DNA of 40,000 nucleotides from assembly GCA_030690895.1 (NCBI GenBank), contig JAUYFQ010000062.1, positions 1 to 40,000 on the forward strand, in the 5' to 3' direction. The stretch's first letter is position 1; each line of letters begins with the position of its first letter. The position numbers were made by a program, and so were the translations under genes. Origin of the DNA: Sulfuricellaceae bacterium. GTDB taxonomy: Bacteria > Pseudomonadota > Gammaproteobacteria > Burkholderiales > Sulfuricellaceae. The notes under the pieces are model-generated. The model saw nothing but the letters and a program-made list of their open reading frames with translations. It had not been told where the DNA came from and did no database searches. Shown here piece by piece: positions 1-8,699 of the stretch.

Positions 1-212
1 CGATGCCTCCCGCCCTTGTCAACCACAAATCACCCTTCACCCCGCCAGTGGGGGTTAGGGGGCTTTCGCCTGAAAATCAAAAAAATGCGCTGTGGTGATG
101 CAAATGGCATGGAGGGGGATTTGTGCAACATTCAGGCTAACAATCCAATATCTCAACCAGAGATCACGCCGCCAAGGACCAGTCCACGACCAAGCACTGC
201 CAAATAATCCCA

Positions 213-740
213 TTACACCGACAGCAAACACCGTTGCAACTCGGTCATGGCGGCAAAGGTTTTGGGGTCTATGCCGGAGGAAGTGAAATCGTAGGTATCC
301 GGGTAAGGGCTGGCGGCGGAGATTTTGGCGGCATCGACCCAGCTATTGAGCCAGTCCAGCTCGCCAGCCGTATCGTTTGCCTGTAGCCATTTGCCCGCTG
401 CCGTGGCGATTTGCCAGAAACCGTTACGCGAGAGTGAGCCGTGAATGCGGGCAATGGCGCTGGCATCGCGGGAGCGGAGCGCGGCCAGCAAGTGTTCGAT
501 GCTTTCTTGCAATAATGCGGCTCTGGCGGCTTCAGCACGGCGATTGAGTGCTTCCTGCATGGCGCGGTAAGCGGGGTGGGTCTGATCGCCGGGTGGAGCC
601 AGTGCCAGCAGGGATTGCAGCGCAACCAAGGCCGACATGACTTGGGCAGGATTGCGGAACTGGTCTGAAAAGCGCGCGGCCAATTCATCCAGTTGGGTGG
701 TTGTCAGGGTCAGACTGAGGGTGTCTGGCGGAGTCGTCAT
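213..740 (-). CDS. hypothetical protein (~175 aa), translationally coupled to the upstream norD-like gene
   Basis: Frame of ORF 213..869. The internal ATG at 740-738 forms an ATGA overlap with the TGA stop (739-737) of the upstream gene; the longer form would overlap that gene by about 130 nt. No motif recognised. Confidence 0.55.
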   Translation of the reverse strand: MTTPPDTLSLTLTTTQLDELAARFSDQFRNPAQVMSALVALQSLLALAPPGDQTHPAYRAMQEALNRRAEAARAALLQESIEHLLAALRSRDASAIARIHGSLSRNGFWQIATAAGKWLQANDTAGELDWLNSWVDAAKISAASPYPDTYDFTSSGIDPKTFAAMTELQRCLLSV

Positions 741-2563
741 CGGGTCAGTTGCGCGTAGAGCATGGGCAATTCTTTCGGCAATTCTGCCGGTTTGCGGATC
801 ACCACATAGCCATTCACGCCAAACAGGTGCGGCAGGTAGCTGCTGCCTTTTTCGTCGATGGTGACGCAAAAGGGGCGCAGCCCCATCTGGCGCGCTTCGT
901 GGATGGCGACGCGGGTATCTTCCACGCCATAGCGCCCCTCATACTGATCGAGGTCGTTGGGCTTGCCGTCGGTCAGAATCAGCAACAGCCGCTGCGTGGC
1001 AGGCTGCTTTGCCAGCAACTGGCTGGCATGGCGGATGGCTGCGCCCATGCGGGTGTAAAAACCAGGCTTGATGGCGGCAATACGGCCTCGCACTTCGGCA
1101 TTGTATTTTCTTTCGAATTCCTTGAGGACGTGGAAGCGGATATTCTCCCGCCGCAGGGAAGAAAATCCATACAGCGCGAAACGGTCGCCGGTGGCGGACA
1201 AGGCTTCGGAAAACAGGAACAGGGTGTCGCGGATGACATCGATGACCCGCTCGTTGTCATTGATGTGGGCATCGGTCGAAAGCGAAAGATCAGCCAGCAG
1301 CAAGCAGGCCAGGTCGCGGTCCTGATAATGGTGGGCGCGATAAAGCCCCTGTTCGCGCGCCGTCAGGCCGCTGATGCGGTCGGCGGTGAACTGCACGCAG
1401 GCATCCAGATCCAGATCCGTGCCATCGAACTGACCCTTGAGCCACACCTTGGCGGGCGTCAGCGCCTCAAACTGGCTGCGCAAGCGTCGCGCGGTAGCAG
1501 ACAGATGGGGAGGCAGATCGCAAGGCTCGGCCTGACGCGCCAGCATGGGCTGCAAGCGGCAATGGCGGGCTTGCAGCAACTGCTTCTTGTAATGCCATTC
1601 CGGCAGCAGGATGCCGTCGCCCAAGGGCAGGTCATCCGAGCCTGCCGAGGGAAGATCCAGATCAAATTTCAAACGCGAGGCAGTGGTTTTTCCATCTTCA
1701 GCCACGCTGAGACGGTCGAGGTCTTCGGCGGCACGAGGGTCGGGCGCTTCGTCCTCTTCGGTCGGGCGATTGATCTTGAGATATTCCGCCCAGCTAAAAA
1801 TGCTTTCAGCACGAAAGAACAGCATGAAGCCGTCCTTGCCGTCCGGTGTCTCCACGCGTTCAGCCTGATAGCGCTTGTCCTGATCGGTTTTCTGGCTGTC
1901 GCCGCTTTCGTGCTCTTCAGGGTCGTTGCGACGGGCGCCAGCAGCCGGACTGGCGGGGGGATTGGGATGCAGCCACAGGATGACGGGCTGAGGTGGGCGC
2001 TTGGCGGGGGGCATGCCCGTTACACTGCCGGGCTCGGAAAGCGCGGCGCGGATCGCCAGTTCCTGCTCGCGCTCGCCGCCGGACAGGCGATCCGGGTTCG
2101 GGCGCAGCGCCAGTGCTGCGGCCACCAGACGCTGGTAGCGCGGCAACATGCCGGGGAAACGCGCCAGCACAGCCAGCGCAGCCTGCTGGTTGCGGCGCAA
2201 CCAGGGCAAGGTTTCATCGGATTCAGTGGCGGCCAGTGCAATCAGCCAGAGGTAAAGGTCGCGGTTCAGGGCCTGGTCGGGGAAGAAATCCAGCTCAGCA
2301 GGCAGATTCAGCGTTTCGCCATCCAGCCAGGTCAGCTCGGTTTTGGTGTTGCTGCCCGCAATGCGCTGCAACAGCCCACGCCTCGCGCCGTGGGTCGTGG
2401 CGGTAGCGGATTTGACCGCCAACCCGCTATCCCCGCCCCAGGCGCGGAACACGATGCCAGCCGTTTTGCTGATTTGTTCCAGAGAAACGGCGGCCTTGGG
2501 AAAACGCTTTTCGGCCGCGCCGGTAATCAGTTTGTGCCAGAGCGCGCCAACTTGTTCTTCCAT
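737..2563 (-). CDS. norD: NorD/CbbO-type von Willebrand factor A domain protein (activase partner protein)
   Basis: 608-aa ORF. The C-terminal VWA domain has a MIDAS DxSxS motif (LLLADLSLSTD) and LLLILTDGKPND. Length and N-terminus (MEEQVGALWHKL...) resemble NorD. No norQ/cbbQ AAA+ gene is adjacent. Confidence 0.8.
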   Translation of the reverse strand: MEEQVGALWHKLITGAAEKRFPKAAVSLEQISKTAGIVFRAWGGDSGLAVKSATATTHGARRGLLQRIAGSNTKTELTWLDGETLNLPAELDFFPDQALNRDLYLWLIALAATESDETLPWLRRNQQAALAVLARFPGMLPRYQRLVAAALALRPNPDRLSGGEREQELAIRAALSEPGSVTGMPPAKRPPQPVILWLHPNPPASPAAGARRNDPEEHESGDSQKTDQDKRYQAERVETPDGKDGFMLFFRAESIFSWAEYLKINRPTEEDEAPDPRAAEDLDRLSVAEDGKTTASRLKFDLDLPSAGSDDLPLGDGILLPEWHYKKQLLQARHCRLQPMLARQAEPCDLPPHLSATARRLRSQFEALTPAKVWLKGQFDGTDLDLDACVQFTADRISGLTAREQGLYRAHHYQDRDLACLLLADLSLSTDAHINDNERVIDVIRDTLFLFSEALSATGDRFALYGFSSLRRENIRFHVLKEFERKYNAEVRGRIAAIKPGFYTRMGAAIRHASQLLAKQPATQRLLLILTDGKPNDLDQYEGRYGVEDTRVAIHEARQMGLRPFCVTIDEKGSSYLPHLFGVNGYVVIRKPAELPKELPMLYAQLTR

Positions 2564-2651
2564 GTGAAGCTAGCCATGAATTGGGGAATAGGGAGTTTAA
2601 CGAAAACCATGCGAGATGCCTTGCTTTGCATCAATTAGAGGCGTCCTGGCG

Positions 2652-3119
2652 TCAGCGCTTCTTCCTGGACGCCTTGACTTCAAGATAGATCGGCCCCCAG
2701 ATTGGATGCCCGGCCTCGGCCCTGGTCAATTCAGCACGCGGGTTAAGCGCCAGCATTTTATTAAACTCCGCCCGGCAGGTCGCTTCGTCCCCTGTCACGC
2801 AGGCGATGAAAGCCAGGTGTTTATGTGCCGACACCTGCTCGGTTCTGCTTAACCCCTGGGAAAGCGCCTTTTTCAGGTTGCGGCTTGCTTGCGGGTATTG
2901 CCCTTCTTCATAAAACCGCAAACCCTGCCGATATTCGGCGAGGCCCTTGTTTTCGGCTTTTGCCGGTTTGGGCGGCTCGGCTGCTTTTTCTTCCACTACC
3001 ACTTCTTGGACAACCACTGGTGCAGCCGCTTTCGATTCTGGTGCTGGTTCGGGCGCAGGCTGAGTCGTGGTGCAGGCAGCGACGGATATCGTCAAAAATA
3101 GTGCAAGCAGAAAATTCAT
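2652..3119 (-). CDS. lipoprotein with a TPR-like C-terminal region
   Basis: Signal peptide plus lipobox (LTISVAAC), a Pro/Ala/Glu-rich linker, then a helical repeat-like region (YRQGLRFYEEGQYPQA...). Confidence 0.65.
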   Translation of the reverse strand: MNFLLALFLTISVAACTTTQPAPEPAPESKAAAPVVVQEVVVEEKAAEPPKPAKAENKGLAEYRQGLRFYEEGQYPQASRNLKKALSQGLSRTEQVSAHKHLAFIACVTGDEATCRAEFNKMLALNPRAELTRAEAGHPIWGPIYLEVKASRKKR

Positions 3120-3154
3120 CCTAAAAACCTCAGTTGAGAATTGAATGAAAAATG

Positions 3155-4682
3155 GTAACTACTCAGGTCTCGCTTTGTAGTTCGTGGTGAAGTTCAAGCG
3201 AAGCGAGGCTGAGGGGGTTGGCCTTGGAAAGTCAGAGTGAGGGCATGGAAGAGATTGGCCTCCTGCTTGTGCATGGTAGCGAGGTAGGAGCGGATGGTGC
3301 AGAAGGTATCGGCGCCGTTCTTGGTTCTGAAACTGCCGGAGATTTTTTGTTTGACCTTGGGCATTCGAACGGCTTGCTCGGCGAGGTTGTTGGTGAAAGG
3401 GATATTGTGATCAGTGGCGAAACGCCAGACATCATCGGCATAGGCGCGCAAGCGCAGGAGGAGGTTTGCCGCCTTGCTCTGTCGCGTTCGACCGCGTTTG
3501 CCCGATCTCGGGGCGAGCGGATTGACGGCATCCCCTTCGGCGAGAATTTCGGCGTAACGGGCGCGGAAATCCACGATCCGTCCCATCGGCAAGGGACTGC
3601 CAACCTCGTTCACCTCGTGGCAGGCCGCAACCAGCAGGTCAATCATGCGACCGGCCCAGGCTTGTCCCAGCTCTTCGAGGACATAGGTCAGTTCACGCAA
3701 GTGATGGGCATTGCACAAGCCGTGTTGGCAAGCGAGGTCACGATAGGGCTTCCAGCCATCGTGAATGAGCGTACCCAGAAAGCCGGGAAGAATGGCCAAG
3801 GCATCGAATGCCTGCCGGCCCCGCTTCGCGTGACAAGCGACCCACGTCAGCGTCGTCGTGGCCAAAACGTGCATCCAGTGCAGCGAACCGGCGACGCGCA
3901 TTCCCGTCTCATCCGCGTGGGCGACTTCGGCTGCTTGAATCGCCCGGCCAATCGAGTCAACTGCCGATTGGAGACGAATACGGGCCCCATCGCTGGCGGC
4001 CAACACCGTCGCTTCGGCCATCGGCAGGCCGAAGAAATCCCCCATCAACGCCGCCGTGCGTTGCACCGGCATCATGTGGTGGTGGGTCAGATGAACCACG
4101 GCAGCCAGTGCCGACGGCCCATACTGCACCGGCGAACAAATGCCATCGGGGAATGTGCCCCGGCAAATTTTGCCGCAGGCGCACTGCGCGGCAAAAACCT
4201 GATGCTCGGTGACCTCAAAACGCAGCGGCGGAAGATCGAACACCTGGCGCGTCTCAATCACCGTCGGGTCACTCAGGAAACGATGGCATTCGTCGCAGTG
4301 CAACGGCGGGAGATGCATGACGGCATGATCCGGTGCGGCCACCTTCTTGAGCGTGTGACCCGCATGGCCCTTCTGGCCGCCCTTCGGGTGTTGCCCCGCT
4401 TTGCGCAGCGACTTGGGCTTTGGCTTGTTCAGCCCATCCGAGGAGGGCGGCTTGCTCGAATTGCGGCTGTTCTGCCCCAGCCGGGCTTCCAGTTCCGTGA
4501 CCTTTGCCTGAAGTGCAGTCACTTGTGCCGCCAGGTCGCGAACCAGCGCGCGCAAGGGCCACAGCTCGCGAATCAGTTCATCTTTCTCGGCAACGCTCAG
4601 TCGGGCAAGGTCGGGAAGTTCGTCCATGCCAACTTAAAAGCACAAGGCGTGCCATGTGCCTGACATATACCTGAGTAGTTAC
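3155..4682 (-). mobile_element. IS66-family insertion sequence, single-ORF type (1528 bp)
   Basis: Perfect 14-bp terminal inverted repeats, GTAACTACTCAGGT (3155-3168) and ACCTGAGTAGTTAC (4669-4682), bracket the transposase ORF. GTAA termini are typical of IS66. No flanking direct repeat found. Confidence 0.8.
3194..4627 (-). CDS. IS66 family transposase
   Basis: 477 aa. N-terminal coiled coil (LQAKVTELEARL), then SKPPSSDGLNKPKPKSLR and GGQKGHAGHTL, characteristic of IS66 TnpC-type transposases. Confidence 0.9.
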   Translation of the reverse strand: MDELPDLARLSVAEKDELIRELWPLRALVRDLAAQVTALQAKVTELEARLGQNSRNSSKPPSSDGLNKPKPKSLRKAGQHPKGGQKGHAGHTLKKVAAPDHAVMHLPPLHCDECHRFLSDPTVIETRQVFDLPPLRFEVTEHQVFAAQCACGKICRGTFPDGICSPVQYGPSALAAVVHLTHHHMMPVQRTAALMGDFFGLPMAEATVLAASDGARIRLQSAVDSIGRAIQAAEVAHADETGMRVAGSLHWMHVLATTTLTWVACHAKRGRQAFDALAILPGFLGTLIHDGWKPYRDLACQHGLCNAHHLRELTYVLEELGQAWAGRMIDLLVAACHEVNEVGSPLPMGRIVDFRARYAEILAEGDAVNPLAPRSGKRGRTRQSKAANLLLRLRAYADDVWRFATDHNIPFTNNLAEQAVRMPKVKQKISGSFRTKNGADTFCTIRSYLATMHKQEANLFHALTLTFQGQPPQPRFA

Positions 4683-4688
4683 TTTAGG

Positions 4689-5312
4689 TTAATGAATAAC
4701 TGCGCCCCCGGATTTCTGCCACACCAGCGCGCGGTTATTGGCTGGCATGGGAATATCCCGCAGCAAGGTCATGCACTGCGCCATTGCCAGTCTGTCGATG
4801 GCTTCAAAATCCCGCACCCCGCTTTCCGGGTCGCGGTTCTTGAGCCAGACATCGAAGCGCGCATTGCTTTCCGAGGTGAACTTTCCATCGTAATTGAACG
4901 GGCCGTACAGGCAGAGCACACCGCCGCTTGCCAGCGTGCGGCCTATGCCCTCGAACATGCGCTGGACTGCAAGCCATGAAACGATGTGGACTGTGTTGGC
5001 GTTAAAGATGGCGTCAACGTGCGGCGCGCGCCAGTCAGTTGCGTTTATATCCAGCAGGACTGGTGGAAGGATATTGGGCAATCTCGCCTCATCCAGCCAG
5101 GCATGGATGCTGCCATGGTTGGCTTCCAGTTCACTGGTCTGCCAGCTCAGGTGAGACAAGGCCGCGCCGAAGTAGACGGCGTGTTGACCCGTGCCGCTGG
5201 CGATCTCCAGCACCCGTTGCCGGTCGGCAAAAACCTCCCGCAGGACAGCCAGTATCGGATCGCGGTTTTGTTCGCAGGATTCTGCATAGTGTTTCATTCT
5301 GTAACCCTTCAT
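4689..5312 (-). CDS. DUF938-type class I SAM-dependent methyltransferase
   Basis: 207 aa with SAM motif I (VLEIASGTGQH) and overall DUF938-like sequence. An alternative ATG start lies at 5297. Confidence 0.8.
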   Translation of the reverse strand: MKGYRMKHYAESCEQNRDPILAVLREVFADRQRVLEIASGTGQHAVYFGAALSHLSWQTSELEANHGSIHAWLDEARLPNILPPVLLDINATDWRAPHVDAIFNANTVHIVSWLAVQRMFEGIGRTLASGGVLCLYGPFNYDGKFTSESNARFDVWLKNRDPESGVRDFEAIDRLAMAQCMTLLRDIPMPANNRALVWQKSGGAVIH

Positions 5313-5481
5313 TTACCACGAAACACACGAAATGCACGAAAAATGCAAAAGCGTATAAACAGGTAGTCCATGCGACACCTTACCGAATGAGTGAAAAGAA
5401 AAATATAGCCAACAAATCGATTTTTTCGTGTATTTCGTGTATTTCGTGTATTTCGTGTATTTCGTGTATTTCGTGGTTAAC
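5313..5481. repeat. inverted short-period repeat array: CACGAAA units on the left arm, 5.8 copies of the tandem 9-mer TTTCGTGTA on the right arm
   Basis: Left arm CCACGAAACACACGAAATGCACGAAAAA (5316-5343). Right arm TTTCGTGTA x5 plus TTTCGTGG (5424-5476). The arms are reverse complements around a loop of about 80 nt. Confidence 0.85.
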
Positions 5482-5493
5482 AGGTTTTCAGCT

Positions 5494-6963
5494 TCACGAC
5501 GAGCAACTCACGCTAATGTGCTGCGCCCAGTCCGGGGGGAGGGCGGCGTATTGCTCCATTTCGGGTTGTTCATCGAAGGGGTGCGAGAGCAGGGCGAGCA
5601 AGCGGTCGATCTCGGTGTAATCACGCTGTGAAACCGCTTTTTCGATGGCTATCTGAGCCAGGTAGTTGCGCAAGATGTACTTCGGGTTGACGCTGTCCAT
5701 GCGATATTTGCGTTCTGAATCAAGGCTGTTTTCCTGTACCAGACGGGCGCGGTAGGACTCTGCCCAGTGGTCGAAGGCTGGCCGGTCGACGAACTGGTCG
5801 CGCAGTGCCGGATTCAGTTCGCCGGGCAGGGAATTGAACTGGCCGAGACTGCGGAAAAAATGGGTGTAGTCCACTCGCCCGGCCTTCATCAGCGTCAGCA
5901 GTCCGCTGACCAGTTCGGCGTCCCCTTCCGTCGGCTGCATCAGCCCCAGCTTGGCTGCCATCAAATTCAAGTATTGCGCCTCATACTGCGCCGGGTAGCT
6001 GTCCAGAATCGCCTGCGCTTCTTCAGCCGGGATGATCGGCGTCAATGCCTGCGCCAGGCAGGACAGGTTCCACAAGCCGATATAGGGTTGCTGGTCGAAG
6101 GCATAACGACCTTCGTGATCCGAGTGGTTGCAGATGAAGCCCGGGTCGAAACCATCCATGAAGCCGAAGGGGCCGTAATCGAAGGTCAAGCCAAGGATGG
6201 ACATGTTGTCGGTATTCATCACGCCATGTGCAAAGCCAACCGCCTGCCATTGCGCCATCAGCCTGGCCGTGCGTGTTACCACCTCGGCCAGAAAGCGGGC
6301 ATATCGATCCGGCTCGCCGCTCAGATGGGCATAGTGGCGGTCGATCACATAATCAGCCAGCGCCGCAATCGGCTCGGCCTGCCGACGGTAATAGAATACT
6401 TCAAACGAGCCAAAGCGCACATGCGAGGGCGCCAGGCGCGTGACCACTGCCGCACTTTCTATCGTCTCGCGATAGATTTCTTCATCACTCCCCACGATGC
6501 ACAGCGCGCGCGTCGTCGGGATACCCAGGCCGTGCATGGCCTCCGAGCAGAGATATTCGCGGATGCTGGAGCGCAGCACGGCGCGCCCATCGCCCTGGCG
6601 GGAATAAGGCGTGACACCCGCGCCCTTGAGCTGAATTTCCCAGGCTTCGCCTGACTTGTTTTTGACCTCGCCCAATAAAATGGCACGGCCATCGCCGAGT
6701 TGCGGCACGTAATGGCCAAACTGGTGGCCTGCATAGAGCATGGAAAGCGGCTCGCTGCCGGGCAGCAGGCGATTGCCGGTAAAGTACCCGGCAAAATCCT
6801 CACGCACGGCTTCCTGACTATCCAGATCAATGAGCGCAGCAGCACCGGCATTGAAGCTGACCAGGTAGGGTTCGGGCAGGGGCGTGGGCAACAGCTTGCT
6901 ATGAAACGTGTCCGCCAGGCGGGCAAAGCTGTTGTCGAAGTTGAGTCGGTTGAGTGGGTTCAT
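5494..6963 (-). CDS. selO: protein adenylyltransferase SelO (YdiU/UPF0061 family)
   Basis: 489 aa with an N-terminus typical of SelO (LNFDNSFARL..., HQFGHYVPQLGDGRAILLGEV) and a kinase-like fold signature (GVMNTDNMSILG). Confidence 0.9.
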   Translation of the reverse strand: MNPLNRLNFDNSFARLADTFHSKLLPTPLPEPYLVSFNAGAAALIDLDSQEAVREDFAGYFTGNRLLPGSEPLSMLYAGHQFGHYVPQLGDGRAILLGEVKNKSGEAWEIQLKGAGVTPYSRQGDGRAVLRSSIREYLCSEAMHGLGIPTTRALCIVGSDEEIYRETIESAAVVTRLAPSHVRFGSFEVFYYRRQAEPIAALADYVIDRHYAHLSGEPDRYARFLAEVVTRTARLMAQWQAVGFAHGVMNTDNMSILGLTFDYGPFGFMDGFDPGFICNHSDHEGRYAFDQQPYIGLWNLSCLAQALTPIIPAEEAQAILDSYPAQYEAQYLNLMAAKLGLMQPTEGDAELVSGLLTLMKAGRVDYTHFFRSLGQFNSLPGELNPALRDQFVDRPAFDHWAESYRARLVQENSLDSERKYRMDSVNPKYILRNYLAQIAIEKAVSQRDYTEIDRLLALLSHPFDEQPEMEQYAALPPDWAQHISVSCSS

Positions 6964-7049
6964 GCGGCTGATTATAACCGACTAATTTAGTAAGGTATAT
7001 CTGTATGTGCCCAAAAATGCGGCAAAATATACGCTGGCGTATGAAGCGG

Positions 7050-8282
7050 TCACTTCGTTTGGAATGCGCTGGACATCAATTCAACTTCGGCATTTGAAAT
7101 GCCAGTCTTCCTGGCCACACTTTTCCATTTTCCAACAACGCTCAAAATTTCTTCAACAACCATCCCCGCTTGACCGGTATCAAGTCCATACCATGCTGCG
7201 GTTGATAAAGCGGCATCCAGGTTGGGACGATTATCCGACTCGTCGATGTTCAGGACGTGTTCTGCCTTGTCAATATTCGGATTAACATCAAAAGCAGGGG
7301 AGAGTCGCCACCCATCAGACCCCAGTAGAAAACCATGATTACGCAAATGGTCGTCACGATTGGACACGGCGATATTGAATACGACACGGCGAAACAACTG
7401 CTCAAGATCAGAGTGTAGTGTTCTGCCAGCACCGTTGTTATGGAGAAATTGGGCAATATCCAGGTAACTGGCGCCCTCGCTTTGTTGCTTCTTCAGCATG
7501 GTCATGGCTGAGGTATAAAACACGCGATTATGACCAGATCTATCAAAACGCTGCACACAGAAGGTGTGATACTGGCTTCCAAAACGCAGAACTCGTGCTG
7601 GCGGCATGATTACGTTTGCCGTCAGTGCCAAGGTGTGTAGCACAGCTTCCCATGCACCAATATCCCGGTCATCATCACGTGCTGGAAATTTTGCTATCCA
7701 TAATGACCCATCGTTATCGGTAAAATTTGCTTTGGGTCTGGCGCCACCCAATGATGCCCCTGGTGCAACGAGTACCGACAACCAGCGCCGCAGAGCATCC
7801 AGATCCGTGATGTGCTTATTGGTGATTTCACGGGCAACCGCTTCAAGTTCACGCAGGCTTGCAACGGGTGGGGCAGGCAATCGATGAGCGGCAAGAAACT
7901 CGGTGGACCCTTCATGACGAAAGCGTAGCGCCCCCTGCCTTGTTGCATCCTGTACGCCGATCAAGTAGTCCCATGAATGCAATGTCCTGGTTTGGCGTTT
8001 GGCATCCTTTGCCTCCAATGCCTCGCGACGCTTCATGAGCGTCTGCCCCCATCGATCAGGTGATGAATCGAGGAACACGCCAAAGTTGCCTGCGTCCGGG
8101 TTAGGGAAAAAAGGGGCTGCGTCCAGGGACAAATCTGGATCCAGCACAAAACTGGAAGGATGCTTGAGCCACGCAGGATCGTAATGGAATCTAATCTGCC
8201 CTCGATCATGCATGAGCAACCCGACTTTGTGCATTCCTTCAATGAAATCAACGTCGAGCCAGACCTCAAGCGTGTCGCTCAC
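7050..8282 (-). CDS. hipA: HipA-family serine/threonine kinase toxin (type II TA)
   Basis: 410 aa with HipA N-terminal coupling-domain-like sequence and a kinase core (NRDDHLRNHGFL). The GTG start overlaps the hipB stop (GTGA). Confidence 0.85.
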   Translation of the reverse strand: MSDTLEVWLDVDFIEGMHKVGLLMHDRGQIRFHYDPAWLKHPSSFVLDPDLSLDAAPFFPNPDAGNFGVFLDSSPDRWGQTLMKRREALEAKDAKRQTRTLHSWDYLIGVQDATRQGALRFRHEGSTEFLAAHRLPAPPVASLRELEAVAREITNKHITDLDALRRWLSVLVAPGASLGGARPKANFTDNDGSLWIAKFPARDDDRDIGAWEAVLHTLALTANVIMPPARVLRFGSQYHTFCVQRFDRSGHNRVFYTSAMTMLKKQQSEGASYLDIAQFLHNNGAGRTLHSDLEQLFRRVVFNIAVSNRDDHLRNHGFLLGSDGWRLSPAFDVNPNIDKAEHVLNIDESDNRPNLDAALSTAAWYGLDTGQAGMVVEEILSVVGKWKSVARKTGISNAEVELMSSAFQTK

Positions 8283-8623
8283 GGCTTGACACTTTTTTTT
8301 GATGCCCTCTTCGGTGTTGGAAGCCCGAGATCCTGAAGACGGCGCCCCAATTTGTCGTCAGACGCAATTAACGCCAAATCACCTTCAAGATGAAGGACTG
8401 ACAAGATTCTCAGGGTCGTTCCAATTGTTACTGAAGAAGATCCGTCCTCGGCACGACTGAGTGTCATTCTGGAAATGCCTGCTCGCGTCGCCACGGTTTC
8501 AGCCGATAGTTTGCGACGTAAACGCGCAAGGCGAATCCGCCCTCCCAATTCGGTCAGGAGTATTTGTTCAGATGGAAAAACCAAAGGTGGCTTGCTCGGC
8601 ATAATGTAACGCATTATAGGCAA
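8279..8623 (-). CDS. hipB: HipB-like XRE-family HTH antitoxin
   Basis: HTH region (LSAETVATRAGISRMTLSRAEDG) with a 4-nt overlap to hipA. Start uncertain: TTG 8623, ATG 8614 or ATG 8602. Confidence 0.75.
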   Translation of the reverse strand: MPIMRYIMPSKPPLVFPSEQILLTELGGRIRLARLRRKLSAETVATRAGISRMTLSRAEDGSSSVTIGTTLRILSVLHLEGDLALIASDDKLGRRLQDLGLPTPKRASKKSVKP

Positions 8624-8657
8624 CCACAGTAATAATGTAAATTATGCGTTACATTAT
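8601..8657. promoter_or_regulatory. putative hipBA operator pair
   Basis: ATAATGTAACGCATTAT (8601-8617) and ATTATGCGTTACATTAT (8641-8657) are reverse complements (16/17). They overlap the candidate start codons and a TATAAT on the minus strand. Confidence 0.5.
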
Positions 8658-8699
8658 TGTTTTGAATGTTTCTTCAGCGATAAGCCCGATCATGGGGCC

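Noticed and set aside
16-286. Small + strand ORFs at the left edge (16-207, 92-286)
   Set aside because: No ribosome-binding site and no motif, and one overlaps the 3' end of the minus-strand gene. The region is treated as intergenic.
749-2638. 629-aa + strand ORF antisense to norD
   Set aside because: A shadow ORF of a GC-rich gene. The translation is low-complexity and Gly/Ala/Arg-rich with no motif, whereas the minus frame carries a clear VWA/MIDAS domain.
3218-4663. 481-aa + strand ORF antisense to the IS66 transposase
   Set aside because: Antisense shadow. The minus frame has diagnostic IS66 transposase motifs.
5424-5475. Tandem 9-mer array considered as a possible CRISPR or minisatellite
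   Set aside because: The units are contiguous with no spacers and far too short for CRISPR repeats. Better explained as one arm of an inverted repeat array.
6985-6998. ATTTAGTAA(G/A)GTAT shared upstream of selO and of the GNAT gene (13764-13777)
   Set aside because: The two copies have opposite orientation relative to their genes, the motif is short and AT-rich, and there is no supporting promoter geometry. Likely coincidence.
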